Position numbers and translations under genes: made by a program. This document shows positions 47,785 to 57,153 of a DNA stretch of 64,000 bases, one piece after another (positions within the stretch are counted from its first letter, which is position 1; each line of letters opens with the position of its first letter). Source of the DNA: a virus; the IMG/VR virus record IMGVR_UViG_3300045988_159775; one strand, given 5' to 3'. The notes under the pieces are model-generated. The model was not told the origin of the DNA. It did not search any database and saw only the letters and a program-made list of their open reading frames with translations.

Positions 47785-48456
47785 TTATTTTGGAGACTTC
47801 CCAGCGCATTTAAACTCAAAGAATTCCTGACCTTTTGCGCGTTCTTTCTCTTCAGAGTCCGTCCCAACGCCCTTTTTAGATCGTAGACGTTTCATAATCC
47901 AACGCAAATAGTCCGCGTTCGCTTCTACGTCATTCATTGCTCCGTGAGCGTCCGTGATTTTTAGCTTTGTATAGCGCACCGCATCTGAAAGTCGTATCTT
48001 TTCATCTCCGTTTATTCCGAATGCTAATTTCGTCAAAGGCAATGTGTCTATGAAGTTGGGATGAATGTATTGCCATATATCTCCCGCATCGCAGAAATCA
48101 AAAGCGTAATTCAAGAAGTTATGATCAAACGGTATATTATGACCTACTGAGATAAGCCGTTGAGCTTCCTTATACTTTGCATTGCTTTGGTATTGTTTAT
48201 ATAGAGAAACGACCGTTTTTACAAATTCCTTTACCGGAACACCGCGCTTTATATCAGACATGGTTACCATAGTCTTTTTCAATGCCACCTCGTCTATCTT
48301 TAAATCCCCATAAGGCTTAACAAAGGTTTCATAACGGTCAAGTTCCTTAAGCGTCCGACCGTCTAAAATTATGCAAGCGTATTGAGTTATTGGGTTTTTA
48401 TCCGCATCCAATCCGCCCGTCTCGCAATCGTGTACTAAATAGTTAGAAGTTATCAT
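47785..48456 (-). CDS. DEDDh 3'-5' exonuclease (DnaQ-like)
   Basis: Carries HDCETGGLD, VGHNIPFDHNFL and HGAMNDVEA. The ATG at 48456 overlaps the upstream TGA; the track start at 48477 is TTG. Confidence 0.75.
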   Translation of the reverse strand: MITSNYLVHDCETGGLDADKNPITQYACIILDGRTLKELDRYETFVKPYGDLKIDEVALKKTMVTMSDIKRGVPVKEFVKTVVSLYKQYQSNAKYKEAQRLISVGHNIPFDHNFLNYAFDFCDAGDIWQYIHPNFIDTLPLTKLAFGINGDEKIRLSDAVRYTKLKITDAHGAMNDVEANADYLRWIMKRLRSKKGVGTDSEEKERAKGQEFFEFKCAGKSPK

Positions 48457-48989
48457 ACAAAATCGAATAATGACCAACGTTCATCGTTTGCTTTCTCGAA
48501 GTTCTCCGCGTTATGTCTTTTAGCATAAACTCTGGGGAACGGTATTTTCCACCAACGGTCATGAGTCCAATAGAAATGATTCAATTCCGGTTCGGGAAGT
48601 TCCGGGAGAAGTTTAATCCAACCTTTCTTTTTGCGACCGCATATGAATTCAACGTCCAAAAATAAAGCAAGCATATCCTTAACGTCACTTATGAATCTAT
48701 CCTCGTCTCCTTTTTCAAGAATAATCCTTATCGTACATCCGCCAACATAGTTTAAATAGCTTATAATTTCCCAAACGTCAATATCATAAGTAGCAATGCC
48801 GTGTCCACTTACCCAGTCTTGACGTTTTTTAGACCACTTCAGCCGGATATCAAATAAGCGTACCCCTTTCTTGTATTGTTCTTCTATGTTTAAAGATTGA
48901 CAACGGGTAGTCCAATTCAATATTCTAAACCACCACTGAGGTTTAATGTAACTCAAAGAGTTATGAGAACCTATTCTTTTTGATATCAT
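48453..48989 (-). CDS. PLC-like phosphodiesterase (PI-PLC X-domain-like)
   Basis: GSHNSLSY...QSLNIEEQYKKGVRLFDIRL...SGHG fits the GtHdS...QL..GiRyfDiR...HG pattern. Confidence 0.45.
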   Translation of the reverse strand: MISKRIGSHNSLSYIKPQWWFRILNWTTRCQSLNIEEQYKKGVRLFDIRLKWSKKRQDWVSGHGIATYDIDVWEIISYLNYVGGCTIRIILEKGDEDRFISDVKDMLALFLDVEFICGRKKKGWIKLLPELPEPELNHFYWTHDRWWKIPFPRVYAKRHNAENFEKANDERWSLFDFV

Positions 48990-49297
48990 TTCTTCTTTTT
49001 TGTTAAAGGGTTAAATATTTCCCAACCTGCTATGTGAGTTAAACTCCATTCTCCATTATCATCCTTTCGGATTATTTTTACAAACCTTTTTCTAAATTCT
49101 GTTGGTGAGGGAGAAGTAGCAAACTTGAAACGGTCATCGTACCTGCCGTTACGTTTTTGATCTGAAAAGGGCGCTACTTTCACCAATTCACCTTTCTTCC
49201 AAGGACGCGGTAGGTATTTATTGGTTGAGGACTTTTCCGGTAGTTCGTTAACTACAAGGAATTTTGGGAAACTCGATTCATTTAAAATTGCTTTCAT
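48986..49297 (-). CDS. hypothetical protein
   Basis: 103-aa ORF overlapping the downstream gene. Confidence 0.35.
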   Translation of the reverse strand: MKAILNESSFPKFLVVNELPEKSSTNKYLPRPWKKGELVKVAPFSDQKRNGRYDDRFKFATSPSPTEFRKRFVKIIRKDDNGEWSLTHIAGWEIFNPLTKKKK

Positions 49298-49330
49298 ACC
49301 ATAAGTTTTATATAGATTTATAAACTTTGG

Positions 49331-49374
49331 AAGAAAGAAAAAGAGAGGTAATAAGCAATGTTAAAACCTCTCTT
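49331..49374 (-). terminator. intrinsic terminator after the HU gene
   Basis: 8-bp stem AAGAGAGG/CCTCTCTT followed by TTTCTTTCTT on the minus strand. Confidence 0.55.
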
Positions 49375-49429
49375 ATTCTTTGAAACGAAATGATTAATAA
49401 TATAAAATTTACTTTCTGTTTTGTAATTC

Positions 49430-49738
49430 TTACTTTTTAGCTTTCTTAGCAGCTGGTTTCTTAGTCTCGATTACTTTTCTCAGTTTGTAAGCCGCCTTGA
49501 AAATCATTGTATGAGTTTCTGGCACCTCAAGGGCTTCTCCGGTCATCGGATTACGTCCAGTATGAGCAGCACGCACTTGACGTTTGAATTTACCCAAGTC
49601 AAGCAATTGAAGTTCCTCTCCACGCTCAATAACGGCTTCCGCGATAATAGGCTGCATGGTTGTGATAACGACATTAACGTCCGTTTGAGATAATCCAGTT
49701 TTTTTAGCGATCTCTTTTACAAGTTCATCTTTTTTCAT
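49430..49738 (-). CDS. hup: HU/IHF-family DNA-binding protein
   Basis: MKKDELVKEIAKKTGLSQTDVNVV...RAAHTGRNPMTGEALEVPETHTMIFKA is a canonical HU sequence. Confidence 0.85.
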   Translation of the reverse strand: MKKDELVKEIAKKTGLSQTDVNVVITTMQPIIAEAVIERGEELQLLDLGKFKRQVRAAHTGRNPMTGEALEVPETHTMIFKAAYKLRKVIETKKPAAKKAKK

Positions 49739-49793
49739 TTTTACAAAAATTTTAGTTAAACATAATTTTAAACATACTTATATTTGAATTTTT

Positions 49794-50228
49794 CTATATC
49801 TCTATGATATTCATGCCATTTTCCTTAAGGACTTCCAGAAGATGCTTCATTTTCCTATCCCGCATTTCCTCGTTCCGATACCAAATGTACAAATCGGTTT
49901 TCTGGATAAACTGCCCCGGCGTCAAGCCTTTATTTATAACTATGCCGTATTCCCAGTGCGGTCTCGGACTCTCTACAAACCGCATTTCCGGCTCTATGGT
50001 ACTTAAATCCCAAGCCGTCATAGTTATTCCCTCTGATTTGAAATGTAGTATTGTCTTTGAAAGCCGGGTTTTCATATCCTCTTCCGGCTTCTGATCTTCA
50101 TCCTCGTAGTCCTCGTCATAAGAATCGTCATAGTTAGTGGTTCTTTTGACCTTGCTGACGTTTTCTCTACGAATCCTAACGGGTTTACTGGATTCCTCCT
50201 TGATTTGACTTAAACGAACCTTTACCAT
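49794..50228 (-). CDS. hypothetical protein
   Basis: 144-aa ORF. Confidence 0.35.
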   Translation of the reverse strand: MVKVRLSQIKEESSKPVRIRRENVSKVKRTTNYDDSYDEDYEDEDQKPEEDMKTRLSKTILHFKSEGITMTAWDLSTIEPEMRFVESPRPHWEYGIVINKGLTPGQFIQKTDLYIWYRNEEMRDRKMKHLLEVLKENGMNIIEI

Positions 50229-50230
50229 GA

Positions 50231-50725
50231 CTATACGTTTTTTGTATTAGCGTAAATTATACAAGGAGAATTATTTCTTTCAGCGATAAACGTAGTTCCA
50301 TTGTAAATAATCCTGACTACTGTACCGATACAAAAATCACTGGTGTAATAATTTGGATGAATCATTGTTACTTCCAAAGTAGAATCCTTTGGAAAGAATG
50401 ATTTATACCTCCAACCCTCTTCATCAGTTTCTTTCCAATCCGGATGAACGGAAAGATATGCTATTTCTTCTACCTTGCATCCAAGTTCTTTTGCTACTAT
50501 ATCGTAGTAAATTTGTAAGCTTGGAAATTTACTGATAATGTCTGCAATTTCTTGAGAAGCAGTATTTAACTTTTGTTTGTTTTTGTAATACTCATATTTT
50601 ACTCTGTAATACTTAACACTTTTATTTGCTTCTTTGAGATTCTGACATAACTCTTGATTAATTTCTCTTTGGATTTTTAATTCTTTTCTCAAAATCCTTT
50701 TTGCTATCGCTTTTACAATTTTCAT
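50231..50725 (-). CDS. hypothetical protein
   Basis: The track start at 50806 is TTG. The first ATG (MKIVKAIAK) is at 50725. Confidence 0.3.
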   Translation of the reverse strand: MKIVKAIAKRILRKELKIQREINQELCQNLKEANKSVKYYRVKYEYYKNKQKLNTASQEIADIISKFPSLQIYYDIVAKELGCKVEEIAYLSVHPDWKETDEEGWRYKSFFPKDSTLEVTMIHPNYYTSDFCIGTVVRIIYNGTTFIAERNNSPCIIYANTKNV

Positions 50726-50884
50726 ACCGTTATCGAAATTTTGATATTTAATAACTGAAGTAACCTTGAACACTCTTTCCCCCTTATAGATCAAAGAAAG
50801 TAGCAAAGAAAATCTATCAAATTCTTTTTCTTAGTTTCTCTATTCAAAGTATTATAGAGTTAATACTAAGAACTCTAAAATAAG

Positions 50885-50906
50885 AAAAAACGTCCCCTAC
50901 GGGGAC
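50885..50906. terminator. intrinsic terminator after the methyltransferase gene, possibly bidirectional
   Basis: GTCCCC-TAC-GGGGAC flanked by A6 on one side and A6 on the other, giving U-tracts on both strands. Confidence 0.7.
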
Positions 50907-50940
50907 TCAAAAAAGAAACAAAAGTCTCTTTTTGGGCAAT

Positions 50941-52359
50941 TTACTTTTTGAGAATTTGACGGTAAATTTCCTTTGATATAGCTTTTATTACTGGGATAGC
51001 TACGCTGTTACCGAATTGCTTGTAAGATTCGGTATTTGAAACCGCTATTTTAAACTCCATATTGTCCTTATACCTATCTTTTGACTTCTTATTCATCCAG
51101 CCGTTTCCCTCTATGAAATATCCTTGTAACCGTCCGGCTTCTACTGGAGTTAACTTCCTTGGGTTCTTTCCTTTGTCGGCTTGATAAATTAGTATTTCGT
51201 TCGCATCTTTATAGTATCTTGCTAAGAGAGTTGAACAATATTCACTATCTCTATCCCAAAGTGAATATCCAAAGCCATTGCCTTTCTTTTCATTCCTTTT
51301 CTTTCTTCTTTGATAACCACGTAGAGCAACGTCACTAATAGAGTAATGATCAGTTGTTGATTCTGGCTCGAATATATCCGAAAGTTTTGTTTTGATTTTT
51401 TCTTCTTGTACCTTTTGAGGATCATAAATATGCGTTCCATTCGGTTTTAATCCGTAAGGGAAATTAAAATCTTTGATATGTATTGTTTTATTATACCAAG
51501 CTATTATAAACAAACGCTCACGATTTTGAGGAACACCAAAATTTTTAGCATTCAAAACTTCATATCTATAAGAATATCCCAATTCAGAAAGAGTCTCCAA
51601 TATAACTCTCAAAGTCTCTCCTTTCTCGTGATTCTTTAATCCTTTTACGTTTTCTAAGAAAAGAACCCTTGGCGCCTTGGCGTTTTGTACCTTTTCCTTA
51701 ACTATACTGGCTATATTGAAAAACAACGTACCCCTTGTATCCTCAAATCCCTTTCTTTTTCCAGCAATAGAAAAAGGTTGACAAGGGAATCCTGCACAAA
51801 GTATATCGAAGTCCGGTATTTCTGAAAGTTTCTGTTTTGTTATATCGGAATTGAATAACTTGTAATCATTCTCAAATAAGTTTGGAGAAATATCTTTGTA
51901 ATTATGTTCATAGGTTATTCGGGCGTTCTTATCAATTTCACTCGCAAATACGCATTTAGCTCCAAGAGAATGCAGAGACTGATGAAAACCTCCTATTCCC
52001 GCAAACAAATCTATGAAAGTTACACGTTCAGAATTGCGTGACTCGTAAGCATTGATCTTTTCATTAGAATAAATCCCTACCTTAGAACTATGAAAGTCAC
52101 TTCCATTGTGGTTTACGGCATTGCTACAGTAACGTTTCGTCAGTCTATCTCTCGCGTTTACTAACTTCTCCCGTTTACGTATCGCGTACTGAACTTGACC
52201 GGGTATAGTTCCGTCTACCCAAAGGGCGTCTTTCAGTATTCTTTCTCGTTCTTTGGGAGGCATATTCATTGCCCTTGATACGAGATTGAGAAAGCGTTCC
52301 TCTTTTGTTATAGCCCAAGATATTTTCTTTATAACTCTTTGTGCAGTTTCTACGTTCAT
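50941..52359 (-). CDS. DNA (cytosine-5)-methyltransferase with a ~100-aa N-terminal extension
   Basis: Motifs I (FIDLFAGIGGF), IV (GFPCQPFS), VI (LFLENVKGL), VIII (QNRERLFI) and X (QFGNSVAIPV) are all present. Confidence 0.9.
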   Translation of the reverse strand: MNVETAQRVIKKISWAITKEERFLNLVSRAMNMPPKERERILKDALWVDGTIPGQVQYAIRKREKLVNARDRLTKRYCSNAVNHNGSDFHSSKVGIYSNEKINAYESRNSERVTFIDLFAGIGGFHQSLHSLGAKCVFASEIDKNARITYEHNYKDISPNLFENDYKLFNSDITKQKLSEIPDFDILCAGFPCQPFSIAGKRKGFEDTRGTLFFNIASIVKEKVQNAKAPRVLFLENVKGLKNHEKGETLRVILETLSELGYSYRYEVLNAKNFGVPQNRERLFIIAWYNKTIHIKDFNFPYGLKPNGTHIYDPQKVQEEKIKTKLSDIFEPESTTDHYSISDVALRGYQRRKKRNEKKGNGFGYSLWDRDSEYCSTLLARYYKDANEILIYQADKGKNPRKLTPVEAGRLQGYFIEGNGWMNKKSKDRYKDNMEFKIAVSNTESYKQFGNSVAIPVIKAISKEIYRQILKK

Positions 52360-52610
52360 GATTTTGCTTTTTGTTCTTCCTCAAACCAAATTCTTGCTTC
52401 TTTCCGGATTCTTGCCTCACGCTTCTCTTCCGTTTCTCCAAAAGCTAATATAAGTATGTACCCTATTATGGGGCTGAAGATCATACTCAATATAGTCCAA
52501 CCTAAAAAATTCCTACCTCTTTGATCTGCTAAGAATCCGATTGGCCAGCAGACGGCAAAGTATATTGTTAAGAAACAAAATACCGTTAAAATAGTTTCTG
52601 ATTGTGTCAT
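52356..52610 (-). CDS. small membrane protein
   Basis: 84 aa with two transmembrane helices and a charged tail. It overlaps the methyltransferase start. Confidence 0.45.
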   Translation of the reverse strand: MTQSETILTVFCFLTIYFAVCWPIGFLADQRGRNFLGWTILSMIFSPIIGYILILAFGETEEKREARIRKEARIWFEEEQKAKS

Positions 52611-52631
52611 AATTTTCTCTCCTTATTTTGA

Positions 52632-52802
52632 TTAGTAAAATACGTAATTACAAAAGTCTGTTATCCAACTCATAACGCGTATGAACGGATATAAAGCGGC
52701 AAAGAATATAAGAACTAAACAAAACGTTTTCCAAATCTCCCGGTAAGGATGGCGGAGAACCTTGTTCCCAAACCGTCCATTGATTATTTCTAAAATCTTC
52801 AT
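52632..52802 (-). CDS. small membrane protein (below the ORF-track cutoff)
   Basis: My own translation gives MKILEIINGRFGNKVLRHPYREIWKTFCLVLIFFAALYPFIRVMSWITDFCNYVFY. It fills an otherwise empty gap. Confidence 0.3.
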   Translation of the reverse strand: MKILEIINGRFGNKVLRHPYREIWKTFCLVLIFFAALYPFIRVMSWITDFCNYVFY

Positions 52803-52803
52803 A

Positions 52804-53244
52804 TTATTCTGCCTCTACTGATTCAAGAAAATATTCCGTTAACACATCTCCAAGTTCCTTAAAATCTTTAAGGACTCTGTATTTTTCTAAATCTTTCTCA
52901 CTCCCGTATCCCAGTTCTTCAAGACACGTTTCATCGAGATATTCTGGATTGGGAGAAAAGAATTTTTCAGCAGCCGTCTTTATACGGTCAACGTATTCTT
53001 GAGGGAATTCTCTGTCTAATAAATTTATATTTCTCCTATTCAAGAAATATTGAATATATTCCATGAGTATTTTTGCTACGTTTTCCCAAGACTTATCATA
53101 CTTCAAATTTATTGGCCAACCTAAAGCCTTGCGAAATTGATTTGTTAACAAATCTACTGTTTCTTGATTAATATCTCTATTTCTATTAATGCTTGTAATA
53201 CAAGTGATAATTTCTTGTTTTGTAAGATCTACTGTTGCTTTCAT
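52804..53244 (-). CDS. hypothetical protein; first gene after cassette copy B
   Basis: 146-aa ORF starting MKATV, directly after the conserved leader. Confidence 0.4.
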   Translation of the reverse strand: MKATVDLTKQEIITCITSINRNRDINQETVDLLTNQFRKALGWPINLKYDKSWENVAKILMEYIQYFLNRRNINLLDREFPQEYVDRIKTAAEKFFSPNPEYLDETCLEELGYGSEKDLEKYRVLKDFKELGDVLTEYFLESVEAE

Positions 53245-53294
53245 AATTTTTCTGTATTCTATTAGTTTTACAATTTGTTTTTCGATTATGAGTA

Positions 53295-53326
53295 CAAAGG
53301 TAAGGGTTTTGAGAATATCTACAAAA
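53295..53326 (-). promoter_or_regulatory. Bacteroides-type promoter
   Basis: TTTG, 19 nt, then TACCTTTG. The leader is about 50 nt long, ending AATACAGAAAAATTATG. Confidence 0.65.
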
Positions 53327-53327
53327 T

Positions 53328-53362
53328 AAAAGTCATAAAATCTTTGGGAAATTATGACTTTT
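53328..53362 (-). terminator. intrinsic terminator after the LamG-like gene
   Basis: Perfect 11-bp stem AAAAGTCATAA/TTATGACTTTT followed by ATTTTG on the minus strand. Confidence 0.7.
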
Positions 53363-53398
53363 AAACTTATTCCATATCTAATATGGGAATTATGCCAA

Positions 53399-54832
53399 TT
53401 AAATCGCTTCTATATCAGACTTCCATTCTGGAGTTTCAAGTAAATCCTTTAATTCCCGTCCGGTTATAACGGGATATGGATAAACTCTTTCTTGTTCTCC
53501 CTCTGAAACGGTACGATAGATCGGAGGATACCAGCGATCATATTCTTCAAGATGTACTACGGCTTCCGTCTGCGCTACGTTTGTAATACGAATTGACCAA
53601 TTATCATCCTTTGAATAAAGTTCGTCCATAGGAATGACAATATATTTTTGATAATCTGATAAATTATCGCTTGGCGTATATTCCGCAACGTCATCTGAGG
53701 TTAACGTCCTAACGGATTTTGAACCGGGGAATTGCTTTGCTATTTCCTCGTCCATCTCTTCTTGAGTCATTACTCCTTTATAAAGGACTACTTTGTAGAA
53801 TGCACAAGTAGTAGGCGCTGCACCGCTTTGTCCGCCCTCTTGATCGAAAAGATAAAAACCGTTCAAGTGTAAGAAATTGAACTTATAATCTTCCAATCCA
53901 CTATTTGTAATGCTATAAACTAATTCAGCATCTGGTAGTACTACTTTTGGATCAGCGGTTCTTGTGGAATACAAATAACTATAACCTCTTACTCCCCTTA
54001 CATAAATCGTATCTGGAAGAGGTGTAGCATATCTGAATAACCTCGCATACGTTTGTATATCTGCGCTCTCTCTAAAGAATGAACAAAGAAACGTAACAGA
54101 GACATTATTGTTATAAATAGGATGATAATCAGCCAATATTGTAAAATCTTCTCCAACTCCTATCGTATCGGCAAGGGAGATAGAAACGCGATCATCATAG
54201 CCGTCAAATACCAATGCTCCCTCGTAATTAGCAGGAAGTAACTTAATAGTTATTGGAACGTTTTCTTGTCCCTCTGCTAATTTAGCAAAAAATATGCCTA
54301 TGGACAAACTTGTCTCACTTTCTTCAAAAATATGTTCATCGCTATAAGGATAAGATTGTATTCCATTAGTCTCTGTCCTTGTAGTATAACGGTTGGCTGA
54401 TCCGTCTCTCCATGAATATGTCGTTAAAACAGTACCCTCAATGAGTCCGCTCACTTCAAAATTAAAACCAAGAACTTCTTTAGTTACTCTTTGAGTAGTA
54501 CCACTGGGATTAATAGCTAATATCCAAGTAGATTCCGTTGGATTATTTACAGTACGCGTTAAATTAGTATCAATAACTTCCAAAGAGGAAGTTGTATACG
54601 TCCATTCGCTTATGGAAGTCGAATACATCCCATATCCACTCGAACCAGCAAAAGCGAAATTTCTCAAATTAAGAATATGACCTTTCTCTCCAACCATTTG
54701 TTCTGGATTAGGGCTATCATTATTCTTAGTAGAAAAATCCCAAGCATCAAACAACTTATACGTTTTACCCCCGCCACCGGAAGCGCGGTATGCAGGGGTA
54801 ATATTTCCTAATTTTCCAAAACGTCCTAACAT
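53399..54832 (-). CDS. LamG/concanavalin-like lectin-fold protein
   Basis: 477 aa. EGALVFDGYDDRVSISLADTIGVGEDFTILADYHPI fits the Laminin_G_3 pattern. Confidence 0.5.
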   Translation of the reverse strand: MLGRFGKLGNITPAYRASGGGGKTYKLFDAWDFSTKNNDSPNPEQMVGEKGHILNLRNFAFAGSSGYGMYSTSISEWTYTTSSLEVIDTNLTRTVNNPTESTWILAINPSGTTQRVTKEVLGFNFEVSGLIEGTVLTTYSWRDGSANRYTTRTETNGIQSYPYSDEHIFEESETSLSIGIFFAKLAEGQENVPITIKLLPANYEGALVFDGYDDRVSISLADTIGVGEDFTILADYHPIYNNNVSVTFLCSFFRESADIQTYARLFRYATPLPDTIYVRGVRGYSYLYSTRTADPKVVLPDAELVYSITNSGLEDYKFNFLHLNGFYLFDQEGGQSGAAPTTCAFYKVVLYKGVMTQEEMDEEIAKQFPGSKSVRTLTSDDVAEYTPSDNLSDYQKYIVIPMDELYSKDDNWSIRITNVAQTEAVVHLEEYDRWYPPIYRTVSEGEQERVYPYPVITGRELKDLLETPEWKSDIEAI

Positions 54833-54839
54833 AGCGCGT

Positions 54840-55103
54840 TTAGTACATTACGTTAATTTGACCACTTACAAGCTCCAGTTGACGTTCTAAGAAGAAATAC
54901 TCAGTCTCTCCCTCCGATAGAAGTACGCCATCACCTGCGTCACCGTTTTGCTTGATTCTTGCTTCTCCTCCTACAGCCTTAATTCTTACGAATTGAGGAA
55001 TGGGGATGTCGGTTACTACTCCGGCTGCGGAAACGTCCAAACCTATGCCAATACGTGATACCTGAACGGTACGTGAATTACAATCTACATACAAATTTTT
55101 CAT
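54840..55103 (-). CDS. small beta-rich protein
   Basis: 87-aa ORF. Confidence 0.35.
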   Translation of the reverse strand: MKNLYVDCNSRTVQVSRIGIGLDVSAAGVVTDIPIPQFVRIKAVGGEARIKQNGDAGDGVLLSEGETEYFFLERQLELVSGQINVMY

Positions 55104-55116
55104 AATCTTACAAAAT

Positions 55117-56229
55117 TTAAATTAGTTCATATTTCTTTCTTATCTTATCCACTTCTTCTACGCTCAAAGCGGCTGACCATTGTAAGTCCTTTAGAATCTC
55201 TTGGGAAAGCGCTTGAGCTTCCTTTTTAGCTTTGGGAGTTAAGTAAAATTTTTCGTTATCTTTCATCAAGAAAGCAACACGCGGAAGAACCGTGTCAGCC
55301 GCTTCTACCATCTTTTCACGGAATACCGGATTAAACCATGAGCCGGAATCCTTTCTTTGGAAGTCTTTCAGGTTTGAAACTCCAATGTCCCACTTTTCCT
55401 CGTTCTTGGATTCTAAATCCCAATCACAACTTGCTACCTTTCCCCAATGGTCTGAGTATCGGTATACGTCACCCGTAGTTCGATCAACGAGATATTGAGA
55501 AGAACTCTTTGGACTTTTATGGAAATCATACCGTTTGTCGGCTTTCATCTTCTTCCAACGCTCACTCACTTCGCGGTATCCGTCCTCACGTTTCATTATT
55601 CCCTTGAACGTAGTTTCTGTTTCCAAGAAGTAATCGTCAACCGTTACTTCCGGCATAATCTCTTTTGCTGTTCCGGTACGGGGTATCCGCTTACGGACTT
55701 CATCGAACATTCGCCGGGCTTCTTCAAAGGACTTTTGTACGTGCTCTACGTCATACTCTTTCTTTCCCGTCTTACTTTCTCTTTTCTGACGGGAATCTTC
55801 TTTGGCTGCGGCATCTATTTCCTTTATTTCATCCTCCAAATCACGTTGTTCTTCCCGTAGACGTTTCAAGAACTCATTACGTTCCGTCTCTCCCAACCAA
55901 GCTCTCTGAAAGAAAAAGTTATATTGTACCGTCCCTTTAGGGAATTTATTATCTAAGGATTTTTCAAACTCTCGTTGTACATTTTCCCAAGAATTCTTAA
56001 TGTCTTCTTGACGGGCGCGGATTTGTTTCTTTACTCCTGATCCGGCTACTTGCTTTTCTTTGCCGTTCGTTACCTTTACCCAGCGTCCAACATCTACTTT
56101 CTTGTACTCTACGCCGCCCCACGTTCGAATTTCTCCGATAGCGGCGGCTGCTTTCTCAAAGTCATCCGTTTCGAAAGACTTGAGTATGCGGTTGCGAATC
56201 TCTTCGCGGTGTTTTAATATATCATACAT
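55117..56229 (-). CDS. protein with a diverged EKA module and a possible barnase-like C-terminal region
   Basis: FEKAAAAIGEIRTWGGVEYKKVDVGRWVKV and LVDRTTGDVYRYSDHWGKVASCDW. The track start at 56286 is TTG; the first ATG is at 56229. Confidence 0.4.
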   Translation of the reverse strand: MYDILKHREEIRNRILKSFETDDFEKAAAAIGEIRTWGGVEYKKVDVGRWVKVTNGKEKQVAGSGVKKQIRARQEDIKNSWENVQREFEKSLDNKFPKGTVQYNFFFQRAWLGETERNEFLKRLREEQRDLEDEIKEIDAAAKEDSRQKRESKTGKKEYDVEHVQKSFEEARRMFDEVRKRIPRTGTAKEIMPEVTVDDYFLETETTFKGIMKREDGYREVSERWKKMKADKRYDFHKSPKSSSQYLVDRTTGDVYRYSDHWGKVASCDWDLESKNEEKWDIGVSNLKDFQRKDSGSWFNPVFREKMVEAADTVLPRVAFLMKDNEKFYLTPKAKKEAQALSQEILKDLQWSAALSVEEVDKIRKKYELI

Positions 56230-56282
56230 AACAAAATAGGAAGTTACGAATTCAAAATTTACGTAACTTCCTATAATTGATT

Positions 56283-56534
56283 TCAATGGGGTAATTCCAA
56301 AGTACTCTTCACTCGTTTCTTGCGCGGTACGGTATCCGTTCGTACTGAAGTGAGACGGTATTCATACGTCCGGTATATTACGGAGGTATCCGTTTGCGCT
56401 ACTTCTCTTTTGTATTGCTTCGCTGGAGGAATGTTAGGTTTCTCCAAGGCTAAAAGCACTGCGGCTGCTATTACCGCCACTATGATATACAAAAGTAGAA
56501 AACTGTCTTGGCGATCTTTTTTACAATTCTTCAT
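56283..56534 (-). CDS. small membrane protein
   Basis: 83 aa with one transmembrane segment (FLLLYIIVAVIAAAVLLAL). Confidence 0.4.
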   Translation of the reverse strand: MKNCKKDRQDSFLLLYIIVAVIAAAVLLALEKPNIPPAKQYKREVAQTDTSVIYRTYEYRLTSVRTDTVPRKKRVKSTLELPH

Positions 56535-56703
56535 ATTCTACTTCTTCTGCTCTTTCGCGTATTCCCTTCAGTCTCTCCTTTTCTTTCTTGGTTCTAAATT
56601 TCTTACCAAGAATCTTTATTTCTATTTCACCCTCTTTTCTCTCCCTATCGTCAAAGAGATCGTAAAAATCAAACACGAAATGCTCAAATTCTGTATTAAA
56701 CAT
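56521..56703 (-). CDS. small charged protein
   Basis: 60-aa ORF that fills the gap and overlaps the next gene by 14 nt. Confidence 0.3.
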   Translation of the reverse strand: MFNTEFEHFVFDFYDLFDDRERKEGEIEIKILGKKFRTKKEKERLKGIRERAEEVEYEEL

Positions 56704-56705
56704 CG

Positions 56706-57083
56706 TTATATAGTGTATTTTGGTAATTTATCAAATTCTCTATTTATCATAATGGATATACTATCCAAATTGTCTTGAGCTACTTCCCGATCTACGTATA
56801 GTTTTGAGCATAATACGCTGTGAATCTTTTCTCCAGAATTTTCAAATCTGAGATAAAAGAAGTATCCCAAAATTTCGTCTATCGTACCGTCTATCAATTT
56901 CTCCAATTTGTCTTCTTCTCCTATTGCACGAAGAATCGAAAAGGCGGTATTCTTGTCCATATGAGAAGTAAAAGAAGTATCCCAAAAATTCGTAATCACA
57001 ATATTACGATCTATGGCGATAACTGGAGAGATATATTTTAAATCCCTCAAATCCCATATCCGGTCGTTTATTACTACGTACAT
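56706..57083 (-). CDS. hypothetical protein
   Basis: 125-aa ORF. Confidence 0.35.
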   Translation of the reverse strand: MYVVINDRIWDLRDLKYISPVIAIDRNIVITNFWDTSFTSHMDKNTAFSILRAIGEEDKLEKLIDGTIDEILGYFFYLRFENSGEKIHSVLCSKLYVDREVAQDNLDSISIMINREFDKLPKYTI

Positions 57084-57153
57084 ATTTTTGGCTCTTTTGA
57101 GAAATACATTTTGAGAATTTTCTCTGTTTGTTCCTTATTACAATCAATTACAC

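Larger units (their letters stand above)
53236..53362 (-). repeat. cassette copy B: terminator + promoter + leader
   Basis: 53252-53326 is 75 bp identical to copy A. Confidence 0.9.
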
